From NCBI GenBank assembly GCA_965237525.1, contig CBDEFO010000006.1:413434-477433 (forward strand): a stretch of DNA of 64,000 nucleotides, read 5' to 3'. A program made the translations under genes and the position numbers. This document shows, one piece after another, positions 9,260 to 18,348 of this stretch; position 1 is the first letter of the stretch; the number at the start of each line of letters is the position of its first letter. This DNA is from Candidatus Latescibacterota bacterium. Lineage in GTDB: Bacteria > Latescibacterota > CBDEFO01. The notes under the pieces are model-generated. The model searched no databases. It was given only the letters and a program-made list of their open reading frames with translations, and had not been told where the DNA came from.

Positions 9260-10288
9260 TTACACCTGCCTATTTGTCAGATCTATCTTTTCTAACCTCG
9301 GATTGTGCGTTATCCCCGGAATTCTTCCCCTTTTGGCGATCGGCTTTCCGTTTACTTCCTTAATATCCCCCGTGAAATCTATAGGATTAGGTCCGCTTAT
9401 GGCGCTCCCTACTCCGAATGAGTCCACTGGTGCGTCGCTCTCTACGAATTGCCTTATCCTCTCCACATCGAGTCCTCCGCTCACCACGATCTTCACCTGG
9501 CCATGTCCAGCGCGGTCGAGGCGAACCCTTACCTCTTTGACCAAATCAGGGGTCACTCCCCCTCTTTCTGCTGGCGTGTCGAGCCTGACGCCCCAGAGTC
9601 TTTCGCCCAAAGCATCAGCTACCCTTATGCTCTCTTCTGCCTCATCCTTGAACGTATCCACCAAGGCTATCCTCCTGATCTCCATCGGCATATGTCTGTC
9701 GAATGCTTTTAAGGCTTTGAGTGTATCCCCGAAGATCAGGATCACTGCGTGAGGGATTGTTCCCTGTGCCTTCCGTCCTGCTAACGCCGATCCCGCAGGT
9801 GTGGCGCACCCTGAACAGCCTCCGACTATGGCCGCATATTCCAACCTGTGCGATATATCGGGATGAACGTGCCGTGCGCCGAAGCTTATAATTGGGATGC
9901 CCGCTGCTGCTTCTACGCAATCTCTTGCAGCCGTCGCCCATCCACTTTCGCTTGCCAATATTCCCAGAAGCGCTGTCTCATAGATGCCGAAAGCGCTGTA
10001 CGGAGCCGTGATCCTCAGGACGATCTCCTTTGACTCCATCATCTCCCCCTGGTTCAATGACCAGATATTGGAACCTTCGGGGAGTACTTCTGCCAGAATA
10101 TCGAGCACTTCCTCTATCCCGCATAGGAGTCCCACCCTGCTCGGGAATATCTCCATCGTCACGTCTGCGTCTATGCCCTCAGCCTTCAATATCTTCTGTG
10201 CGTGAGAAAAATAGACATCCGCCCTGTCCTGTGAAAGGGCGGAGTGAAAGAGCACGTCCTTACCCATCCGTGTCCCTGATCTATTCAA
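9260..10288 (-). CDS. pncB: Nicotinate phosphoribosyltransferase
   Basis: DVYF, SFGARHVHP, GTIPHA, ALVDTF, GVRLDTP, IVVSGGL, FGVGS, AKRG; adjacent to pncA. Confidence 0.85.
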   Translation of the reverse strand: MNRSGTRMGKDVLFHSALSQDRADVYFSHAQKILKAEGIDADVTMEIFPSRVGLLCGIEEVLDILAEVLPEGSNIWSLNQGEMMESKEIVLRITAPYSAFGIYETALLGILASESGWATAARDCVEAAAGIPIISFGARHVHPDISHRLEYAAIVGGCSGCATPAGSALAGRKAQGTIPHAVILIFGDTLKALKAFDRHMPMEIRRIALVDTFKDEAEESIRVADALGERLWGVRLDTPAERGGVTPDLVKEVRVRLDRAGHGQVKIVVSGGLDVERIRQFVESDAPVDSFGVGSAISGPNPIDFTGDIKEVNGKPIAKRGRIPGITHNPRLEKIDLTNRQV

Positions 10289-10805
10289 CTGTCACAAGCT
10301 GTGCCCCTAATATCTTCTCTATGTGATCGAGGGCAAACTTGTGTGCAGTATCGTCGAATGTAGCAACGCAGTTCTTATAGACTACTACCGGATAGTCCCT
10401 GTTTCTGGCGTCTGCTACCGTGTGAAGAACGCAAATATCTGTGCAGACCCCGCAGACCGAGATCCTGTCAGGATTTAGCTTTTTGAGCCTATCTGAAAGG
10501 TCTGTCCCGTAAAATCCGCTGTATCTGGACTTTTCTAACCTCTCTGCCGGATAAGTTGAAAGCTCAGGGATTATGTCGCACTCAGAGGTCCCTCTCACGC
10601 AGTGCACCGGGAACATCTGAAATTCCTTGTCGTCGGGGTCGTGGGTATCTATTAAGAAAATCACCTTCGATCCCCTGCTCAGTTCCTTATCTAAAAGCTT
10701 CTGGACGTTGGGTATGGTCTGTCTTGCTGTAGGTCCACAGTAGAGAGGATTCCCCTCCTGGCAAAAGCCCCTGAGCATATCCACAACTAACACTGCGTCA
10801 GCCAT
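10281..10805 (-). CDS. pncA: Nicotinamidase / isochorismatase-family cysteine hydrolase
   Basis: VVDMLRGF, DTH, FPVHC, KSRYSGF, GVCTDICV; coupled to pncB. Confidence 0.8.
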   Translation of the reverse strand: MADAVLVVDMLRGFCQEGNPLYCGPTARQTIPNVQKLLDKELSRGSKVIFLIDTHDPDDKEFQMFPVHCVRGTSECDIIPELSTYPAERLEKSRYSGFYGTDLSDRLKKLNPDRISVCGVCTDICVLHTVADARNRDYPVVVYKNCVATFDDTAHKFALDHIEKILGAQLVTVE

Positions 10806-10874
10806 GACTGACCGCTCCTCTCTTTCCTTCCAGCACGAAGTAAACTGGGAAAGGTGCCACCTACCTACTTTTTA

Positions 10875-11798
10875 CTACTCATCGAACAAAAAGGTAGACT
10901 CAGCGTAGAATCTGACCTGTCTACTGGCGTTCTTTTTCCTTATATACTCTCCAAGCCAGAGGTTCTTTTCGTCTAAAGTCTTTGAGTCGAAGAAGATATC
11001 AAGGCTCAAGTTGACTCTTAAGGCACGTCGGGGGATCACGTGCCTGGTTATGCCAGTGGGGAGCTTGATGTCATTTGTGGCAAGGCTCGCTATTTCTCCC
11101 TTGGTATATTGTGGAAAGACTACAACAGCGGTGGGATTGTCGTAGTCCTCCTTTAACGTCTCTATCCTGTCTGTCCTGACTCTGTATATCGGCGCTTTTC
11201 CTTTGTAGGTGCTCACCATCTTGTTCAGGGAGGCTATTTGAGATTCTAAATCGTCCCCACCCTCAAACGCAAAGGTGCCGTTGTCCTTGAAATCGGCGTA
11301 GCTAATGATCCGTCTTTCCTTCAAAAGAGTCTCAGCCTCTTCGTGTTCGGTGCTGTACATCTCTATTCCGTAGATTTCATTTATCTTTTGAAAAAGGTCG
11401 GTTTCTGTCCGATCTACCACAAGATGATACCATGTCGAAAGCTCAATCTCAGGATCGAAGTAACCCACGATCTGAACCAGAGCATCGCGGCAGTTCATCT
11501 CTTTCAGGGCCGTGATCCTGTTGGCGCCGTCCAGCACCATATAGAGTTCACTTTCCAGCTTTGCCACAATGGGTGGATTGCGAAGGATCTTATCTTGTCC
11601 TAATCTTTGTAGGAGTCCATCTACTCTGTAGGGATCTGCGTCCTCGTGAAGCAAGACCTTGTTCAACGGGACAATCTCTAAATGTGGGAGATTCTGGCTG
11701 TGTGAAATTGGATCTTTTTTGCTTGCCCTTTTCAAATCCTGCGCGGTGAGCATATTTACCTCATTTTCAGGGCAGATACACTGATCTGTCCTGTACAT
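10875..11798 (-). CDS. ParB/Srx-fold protein resembling SbnI/SerK free-serine kinases
   Basis: LLHED...RNPPIV...YMVLDGANRITAL...VQIVGY and C-terminal LPTGITRH. Confidence 0.6.
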   Translation of the reverse strand: MYRTDQCICPENEVNMLTAQDLKRASKKDPISHSQNLPHLEIVPLNKVLLHEDADPYRVDGLLQRLGQDKILRNPPIVAKLESELYMVLDGANRITALKEMNCRDALVQIVGYFDPEIELSTWYHLVVDRTETDLFQKINEIYGIEMYSTEHEEAETLLKERRIISYADFKDNGTFAFEGGDDLESQIASLNKMVSTYKGKAPIYRVRTDRIETLKEDYDNPTAVVVFPQYTKGEIASLATNDIKLPTGITRHVIPRRALRVNLSLDIFFDSKTLDEKNLWLGEYIRKKNASRQVRFYAESTFLFDE

Positions 11799-12408
11799 CG
11801 TAAGATGGTTTGTTTCCGTTCTTGGTGGATTTAATATAACAGGAATTGGACATCAGCGCAAGAATTAAAAGGTAGATAGGGCATGCTCCTATCCCTGTCC
11901 ACTTATAGTGTGCTGTTAACCTGAGTTCGCCTAACTAGCGCTTATACAGTTTTCTATGCTAAGAACCTATATACAGCTATTTGAGCTATATAAGACCCCA
12001 CTGAAATATTAAGAAAACACCTGTAATATCAAAATTAATATTCTGTTAAGTCATAATTGTCATAACTTTTGTTGGAATTATATACAGACTGTATAAACTT
12101 GCCAAAGAAGATAAGAAAGAAAATAGTGGATGTCAATGAAAAGTTCTCAGTCCAAAACCATTGCAAACTTCTCACTTTAAAGTGAGCACTCTTGTAAATG
12201 ACCAAAGATAAAGCCCGCCATTGATTTCTGACGGGCTTTGTATTCAATACTCTATGAAATTTTGGGAAAAGGGATAAGCAGCTTATTTCATCAATAACAG
12301 CTTCCTTTGTAACATCGGTTAACACACTTTGATGGACGCAGAATTGCTCAGGCAGACTTGCTCAGATAGAAAGAGAAAAAGGACTATAGATATAATACTA
12401 CGATTTAG

Positions 12409-13927
12409 AAGCCTTGTGAAAAACCCTTAGATTCAGAAAATAGTATAAAACAAGCATTGATAAAGCAGCTCCGATGTATTATATTATGTTATTGATAATA
12501 TTATACATGGAGGAAACAATGACCCCACAAAAGCAGGAACAGACAAATCCGATGTTTCGCTATTTTCAGATGGAGGATTTAGTTCCCGAGGATCATATCC
12601 TTCGTCAGATTGATGAGGCAGTTGATTTTTCATTTGTACGAGACGTTGTATCAGATTGTTATTGCCCTGACAATGGCAGACCCGGTATTGATCCTGAATT
12701 AGTTGTTCGAATGATCCTTATTGGCTATCTGTATAATTTGAGTGAGAATCGGCTCTGTCAGGAAGTGGGGATGCATGCGGCATATCGGTTGTTTTGTCAT
12801 CAGACATTTGATGATGCGGTTCCGGATAGGAGCACGATCAACAAGCTTCGCAATCACAAGTGGGCATCCAGTGGGTTGTTTGAACGGATAATGCGTCAGG
12901 TAGTCCAGTGTTGCATAGATGTCGGTCTTGTGAGCGGTAAACACCTTAGTGTCGACGGCACTCAGATACAAGCTGATGCTTCAGTGAAAAGTATTGAGCC
13001 GATAGAACCCCCTGTTTCTCTTGATGATTATCTCAAGGGAATCGGTTTTGAAGGTGATAAGACAAAGGGTAGGTCCGGGCATCCTCAGGATAAAGACTTT
13101 CATGGTGAAAAGTGGACGAACCAAACACACCGTTCGACTACAGACCCCGACGCGCGCTTATACAGCAAATCGAAGGGCAAAGGGGCTTTTCTCTCGTTTA
13201 TGGGCCATGATCTGATCGACACAAAAAGCAGAGTAATCCTTGAGACTCAGGGCACGCAGGCGACAGGGACAGCAGAGCCCGAAAGTGCCCTTAAGATGGT
13301 AGATGACCTTGAAACATACACCATGCCCAAAGACATTCAGACACTTAGTGCCGATACCGGTTACGGTTCTGGTAATTTTATCGCTGATGTACTTGACCGG
13401 GGAATCATACCCCATATTCCTCTGCGAGCCGATGAGAAGATTGAACCGATTCCTACATGGAAAAACAAGACAAATTCAGCACATATTCAGGCCGAACGGG
13501 ATAGAAAAGTGCGAGAGGCGAAAGCCAGAAATCATGCACGGTCTATCTCATTAACAGCTGACTACAAACTCTCCCGGAGACTCCGTAAACGCAGTGAACA
13601 TATCTTTGCTGAAGCCAGGCAACAACACGGTATGGGACGAGCCCGTTATAGAGGACTAGCCTCACTGAATGAACAGTTGAATCTTGTTGCAACAGTACAG
13701 AATCTCAAGAGGCTTGTATCTTTCATAAGAAGGGGGAAAGCGTCTATGTGTGCCCTGTCTGTCAAAGACAGTGCATCCTGTTCTTCAAACAGCTCCTGTT
13801 CCTTGCTGACCAGAACTCTGATAAGACTATTTTGCTTATTCCACAGCAAAACGATACGATATGCTACTCTTTGACCCATAATCGGCGCTTCAGACGCTGC
13901 CTGGGACATAACTATTTCACAAGGCTT
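12409..13927 (+). mobile_element. IS1182-family element, copy 1 (1519 bp)
   Basis: Terminal IRs AAGCCTTGTGAAA / TTTCACAAGGCTT; flanks TTAG/TTAA do not match. Confidence 0.92.
12474..13874 (+). CDS. IS1182-family DDE transposase
   Basis: DUF772-like GRPGIDP, VDGT, SADTGYG, RKRSEHIFAEARQQHG. Confidence 0.92.
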   Translation: MYYIMLLIILYMEETMTPQKQEQTNPMFRYFQMEDLVPEDHILRQIDEAVDFSFVRDVVSDCYCPDNGRPGIDPELVVRMILIGYLYNLSENRLCQEVGMHAAYRLFCHQTFDDAVPDRSTINKLRNHKWASSGLFERIMRQVVQCCIDVGLVSGKHLSVDGTQIQADASVKSIEPIEPPVSLDDYLKGIGFEGDKTKGRSGHPQDKDFHGEKWTNQTHRSTTDPDARLYSKSKGKGAFLSFMGHDLIDTKSRVILETQGTQATGTAEPESALKMVDDLETYTMPKDIQTLSADTGYGSGNFIADVLDRGIIPHIPLRADEKIEPIPTWKNKTNSAHIQAERDRKVREAKARNHARSISLTADYKLSRRLRKRSEHIFAEARQQHGMGRARYRGLASLNEQLNLVATVQNLKRLVSFIRRGKASMCALSVKDSASCSSNSSCSLLTRTLIRLFCLFHSKTIRYATL

Positions 13928-14475
13928 TTAAAGAACGCATGTTCTTCAGAACGCAGTACAAATTCAACATAAAGATTGCTTGTGGCTTTGTGATTGCTGT
14001 CTTTAAAGAATCTTCGCAAGTAAGCAATTCGAACATAAGATGAATAAAATGCTGATTGTTTTTGTTCTATACTCCCGATATTGACAAGCCCCAAGAACAT
14101 TTCCCCATTGAATATTTTAAGGAATGGTAGTGGTGAGAAAAAAAGCGATCTTGATGAATCGTCATTTGAATATGCTTTCACGTTAAGTGCAATGCCTGCA
14201 TCTGATAATCTCTCTTGTGCTGAAGATACAGTGTCAGTGTTTACGTCTGACAAAGCTACGTCTACATTTGACATCATAAACACCCGACCACTGTAATTAA
14301 ACTTGAAATAAAGATCAAAAAATTCTGTATCAGGTTTCTTTCCAGCTATAGATTTTATGGCCGATGTAGCAGCATAACTTGGGTCACGTGAATCTTCCCC
14401 AGCCTTCGTGTGAGTTGGAAGAAAGAATAGCACGAGAAATAGCAGCCAGAAAAGAAGATGCTTGCTAGAAGTCAT
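13928..14475 (-). pseudogene. Secreted hypothetical protein, 3' end cut by the IS
   Basis: Signal peptide MTSSKHLLFWLLFLVLFFLPTHTKA; ORF runs into the IS end. Confidence 0.55.
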
Positions 14476-14676
14476 GGTGAGTAGCCTCCCTCCCTAGGTA
14501 GTTGCTCCTTAGTTACAGATGATAGGAATTTGCTTTTCTGCAATTCATACATATAAAACTATGCGTTACATTTCAAGTCCTACTTCTCTATACATGCAGC
14601 TCCTCAACCAGCTATTTTGTTCCGACAATTGCCATTTTAGGAAACATACATTATTTCAGCCTCCCGACGAGCCTTT

Positions 14677-14860
14677 TTATCTGGTTCTATCTTTCGCCGA
14701 CAGACGACCCCGACTATATACCCGCTTCCAAGTCCGTCTTGTATGTTTCTCCAGGTAGGTGTCGAGTTCCTCTACTCGGAAGCGGTTACTGTTCCCTATC
14801 CGGGTATGCAGAATCTCCCCAGAGCGGACCAGCTTATACAGCTGGTTTCGGGAGATCACC
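14677..14860 (-). pseudogene. Excisionase-like HTH_17 remnant
   Basis: ISRNQLYKLVRSGEILHTRIGNSNRFRVEELDTYL; normal N-terminus missing. Confidence 0.6.
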
Positions 14861-14869
14861 AAGCTAACA

Positions 14870-14945
14870 ACAACTATCACTCTTGAAATCTACGCACATA
14901 CTTTCGTAAGAAAGTTGCCGGTGTCCATATAGTGTCCATAGCCAG
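14870..14945 (+). pseudogene. Tyrosine integrase C-terminal remnant with arm-type-like direct repeat
   Basis: Reads TITLEIYAHT (catalytic-Tyr motif), followed by gtgtccata-ta-gtgtccata. Confidence 0.45.
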
Positions 14946-15059
14946 TCAACAGTGGTATAAAATCATCTAACCCCATAATAATACATAGAAGTAATAAAGT
15001 CAAGTGAAATAGGGTCTTATCACGTATCTTGCTATCTTACAATACGTTAAACAAACCCC

Positions 15060-16409
15060 TTAAATCCTACTTGATATGGGCGGGAATTTCTCCTTTACAA
15101 GCTGGAGGGCTCGGTCTTTTGTTGCTACGACTCCTTCCAACTGCAGGTCCTCTGCAAAGGTCAGGATCTTTTTGAAAATAGGCCCTGGAGTATAGCCTGC
15201 TTCTATGAGGTCGTGACCATTTAGAAGGGGAAGAGGACTTATCTGATCCTGCTTTAAGGTCTCAAACTTTTCTCTGCAAAATTTCCAGTTGCTCAAATCC
15301 CCGTGGCTGGCTTTGCAATCTACCCTGTGCAGTTCGAGATGATCGCCGAACTTGTCCATTCTTAAGAATCTCTTTAAGGTGCTTTCTTTCATGTCTTTTA
15401 CGTGCATAAACTTGAGATGATTTCTCACCAGTTGGGTTATATGCTCCGTCTGATCGTTCGAGAATTTGAGTCTTCTGCATATCTTCTCGGCCATCTCTGC
15501 TCCGACTCTGGCGTGGTTGTCGAACCTTATTCTGTCTGCGATGCGAAATGTAGGGGGCTTCCCCACGTCGTGCAGTAGGACTCCCATAGCAAGCTCAGGT
15601 GATGGGGATTCTAAATAGTCCAGCAACATTAGTGTGTGGGTCAAGACGTCACCTTCAGGGTGGAACTCTGGCGGCTGTTCTACGCCGTCCATCTTGCCCA
15701 CTTCGGGGATTATGTGATCCATAAGACTCGTCTCTATCAGGAGCCTTACACCACGGGAGAGACTGTAATCAGTAATTATCATTATAACTTCATCCCTAAT
15801 CCTCTCGGGGCTGACCTGTTCAATTTTATCAGACATCTCTTCTATTGCGCTTAAGGTCTCCTCCTCTATCTTATAGCCGTAGCGCGACGCAAATCTAACC
15901 GCCCTTATCATCCTTAACTTATCTTCTTCGAATCTCTTTCGGGGAGCGCCTATGGCCCTTATTATTCCATCTTCGATGTCCCTAATCCCGCCGACGTGAT
16001 CTATTATCTCGTCCTTTGCAGGGTCGTAGAACATACCGTTTATAGTGAAGTCCCGCCTCAGGGCGTCCTGGCGTATTTCCCTCTGCTCCTGAAGAAATTC
16101 TACCTCTTCCGGATGCCTTCCGTCTTTGTAAACTCCTTCCTTCCTGAATCTTGTCACATCGTATTCCTGGCCGTCCATAACCACTATCACCGACCCGAAC
16201 TTGCTCCCTATGGGGATGGTTCTGGGAAAAATGGAGGTTATCTGTTCAACGGGAGCGTCTGTGGAGATGTCGTAATCGGTAGCCTCAACGCCACGGAGTC
16301 CACGCTGGATCATAACCATATCCCTGACACATCCCCCGGCAAAGAGGGCCGCAAAGCCCCTTTCCTTGAGTCCATTGACTATTTTAAGGGCATTTTGATA
16401 AGATTTCAT
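15060..16409 (-). CDS. cca: CCA tRNA nucleotidyltransferase with HD domain
   Basis: GGCVRD, DYDIST, DALRRDFTING, RFEEDKLRMIRAVRF, HPEGDVLTHT, LLHDVGKP. Confidence 0.9.
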   Translation of the reverse strand: MKSYQNALKIVNGLKERGFAALFAGGCVRDMVMIQRGLRGVEATDYDISTDAPVEQITSIFPRTIPIGSKFGSVIVVMDGQEYDVTRFRKEGVYKDGRHPEEVEFLQEQREIRQDALRRDFTINGMFYDPAKDEIIDHVGGIRDIEDGIIRAIGAPRKRFEEDKLRMIRAVRFASRYGYKIEEETLSAIEEMSDKIEQVSPERIRDEVIMIITDYSLSRGVRLLIETSLMDHIIPEVGKMDGVEQPPEFHPEGDVLTHTLMLLDYLESPSPELAMGVLLHDVGKPPTFRIADRIRFDNHARVGAEMAEKICRRLKFSNDQTEHITQLVRNHLKFMHVKDMKESTLKRFLRMDKFGDHLELHRVDCKASHGDLSNWKFCREKFETLKQDQISPLPLLNGHDLIEAGYTPGPIFKKILTFAEDLQLEGVVATKDRALQLVKEKFPPISSRI

Positions 16410-16463
16410 GGCAACAATTGCAAGGATATTTTGAGCTTGATTACTTATATGGCGCTAGTTAAG

Positions 16464-16492
16464 AATATAATTTCTCCAGCTTTATTTGTCAA
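16464..16492 (-). promoter_or_regulatory. Sigma70 promoter for cca
   Basis: TTGACA-17-TATATT on the minus strand. Confidence 0.6.
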
Positions 16493-16499
16493 TTTTTCG

Positions 16500-17050
16500 G
16501 TGGCTGAATAAGTCTTCGGACGTTCTCAAAAGGTGGGCAAACATAATGTCAGGTCCACGATCTGCGCCCTGACCGCTCTGCGAAGATGCTCTTGGGCGTC
16601 CGCCACATCGCCCTGGAGAATAGGGTCCCGATCCTTAATTCAGAAGTTCGGAGACGGGGATCCAAGTGTGCGGCCTGAGCTAACAATACAACAGGGGAAC
16701 CGTTCTGGTTCCCCTGTTTCTTATGTGACTGCTCCCACAGATCTACCCGCGGGCTTCTTCTTGCCGAAAATCTCTCCTACCACTTAGTGAATTGCCCCAC
16801 TTCGTGCTCCCTTGTCTAACGAGGTGGCAGCAACGCAAGCAGTGCCCCCACATCCTACTTGGGGGGCCGATGGGCCCAAGGCAGTATGAGCACTGTGCGT
16901 AGAAAGTACAGCCGACTCTCACAGTATTAATAATATATCCATCAGTTACTTCCACTAAAGCAGAGAGCTTTCCACCAGCTTTTCTTATGCCCGCACCCAG
17001 CGGTCTCGGAGAGTTCTATCGTGTAAGACATTAGACAGAATAAGCCAAGG
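16500..17050 (+). ncRNA. Candidate large structured non-coding RNA (unidentified)
   Basis: No credible ORF; many nested stems, a cUUCGg loop, G-U pairs favouring the + strand, long-range closing helices. Confidence 0.45.
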
Positions 17051-17141
17051 TACCCTGTGTACTATCTGCTGTCTACTATTTAGGGGTGCTTGCCGTGCCA
17101 GGCTGCCATAAAGGCGAATATTCCTGGAACCGCTAACATCA

Positions 17142-17900
17142 CTATGACTTTTCTCCTCTTATTTCTTTCAGTTCGTCTCTAAGCTGCACGGCCCTTTCAA
17201 AATCCTCTCTTTCGAGGGCTTCCTTAAGTTCCTTTTCTAATTTTTGCTCTTTGGTCAGGGGTTTGTTGGCCTCAACTTCGTCGTACCAACTCGTCAGTGC
17301 TCTAAGTTCGATGCTCATTTCGATTAGGTCTTCTCTTTTGTATCCCTTGTAGAAGTCCTCTATTTGTCCTATTCCTTCTTGTATTTTGTCAAGTGCCTCT
17401 TGGTGGTCCTTTCTGTCCAGGCTTATAAGGGCATCGGCTCTGGTCATTTGCATAGTTACAAAAGGTCTCCACCGATCTACCTCTATTTTGTACTGCTCTT
17501 CCTGTGCGTATTCTTTTATTAGATCCATAATCTGTAGGTTGTGTTCTGCATCCCCTATAGCCTTTTGGTACTCCTCTAACTCCAGAAAACTTATGCGCCT
17601 TTGGTAGTACTGCATCAATTCCATCTGTAGCTTCACACAGTCGTCGTTGTCCAGTTTGAAATCTTCGCCTGTGTCCCTTTTTTCGTGTTCTTTTAACAAC
17701 GATAGATAGTAGTCCAAAAGGGACTCTGAGCCGTAGGGTCTCGTGCCATCGGGTTTACCTTCCAGATCCATCTGTATAACGCCTAACTCCACCCTCATCT
17801 GTATCTTCTCTTTTCCATCTAATCCTCTTATCTTCCTGACTAAAAGCCCTTTAGGATCAAATTCCCAGTCTTCTAGTATAACGTCTATATCTTTATGCAT
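17142..17900 (-). CDS. UvrB/UvrC (UVR) motif-containing protein
   Basis: KIQMRVELGVIQM...PDGTRPYG; C-terminal LKEALEREDFERAVQLRDELK. Confidence 0.8.
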   Translation of the reverse strand: MHKDIDVILEDWEFDPKGLLVRKIRGLDGKEKIQMRVELGVIQMDLEGKPDGTRPYGSESLLDYYLSLLKEHEKRDTGEDFKLDNDDCVKLQMELMQYYQRRISFLELEEYQKAIGDAEHNLQIMDLIKEYAQEEQYKIEVDRWRPFVTMQMTRADALISLDRKDHQEALDKIQEGIGQIEDFYKGYKREDLIEMSIELRALTSWYDEVEANKPLTKEQKLEKELKEALEREDFERAVQLRDELKEIRGEKS

Positions 17901-17972
17901 GGTCTTCCTCTAAGCAGGTAGACACCGGCCAAGGGCTCCTCTCCCTGCTCTAGTACGCTATCTGCCCAAGAA

Positions 17973-18329
17973 TGGTGGAGGTGGCGGGAATCGAACCCGC
18001 GTCCGCAGATAATTCAAAAGGAACGTCTACACGCGTAGTCTATCTATTTAATCTTACAATTTGCACCTCCAACAGACAGGATATACAAATTGCCAGCTCT
18101 TTGAAATCTTACCCGATAGTCAGGAGCAGAAGATCGAGCCAGCCTGCCTTTTCGACGCTCCTTAGAACCCCGCAGGCAAGTGTCCTAAGGAACGGGTCAG
18201 CTAATTAAGCTGCCAATGCATACGAATAATCGTCTGCAGTTGAATTTTGTCCCAATTGTTTTACGAGTCACTGGGATCTCGGCGCGCAGTTCCTCTCTCC
18301 TCTATCCCCGTCGAATCCAATTCACCCCC
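17973..18329 (-). ncRNA. ssrA: tmRNA; tag peptide (A)DDYSYALAA*
   Basis: 5' GGGGGTGAATTGGATTCGAC; 3' GGTTCGATTCCCGCCACCTCCACCA; resume codon GCA followed by GAC GAT TAT TCG TAT GCA TTG GCA GCT TAA. Confidence 0.95.
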
Positions 18330-18348
18330 GTCTTTAGGTAAAGAGTAC

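Noticed and set aside
16500..17130. RNase P RNA or SRP RNA
   Set aside because: No GAGGAAAGUCC/ACAGAA.CCGGCUUA pair and no GGAAGGAAGCAGC-type SRP loop on either strand.
17972..18208. 78-aa ORF MVEVAGIEPAS / a tRNA gene
   Set aside because: It is the antisense of the tmRNA 3' tRNA-like domain.
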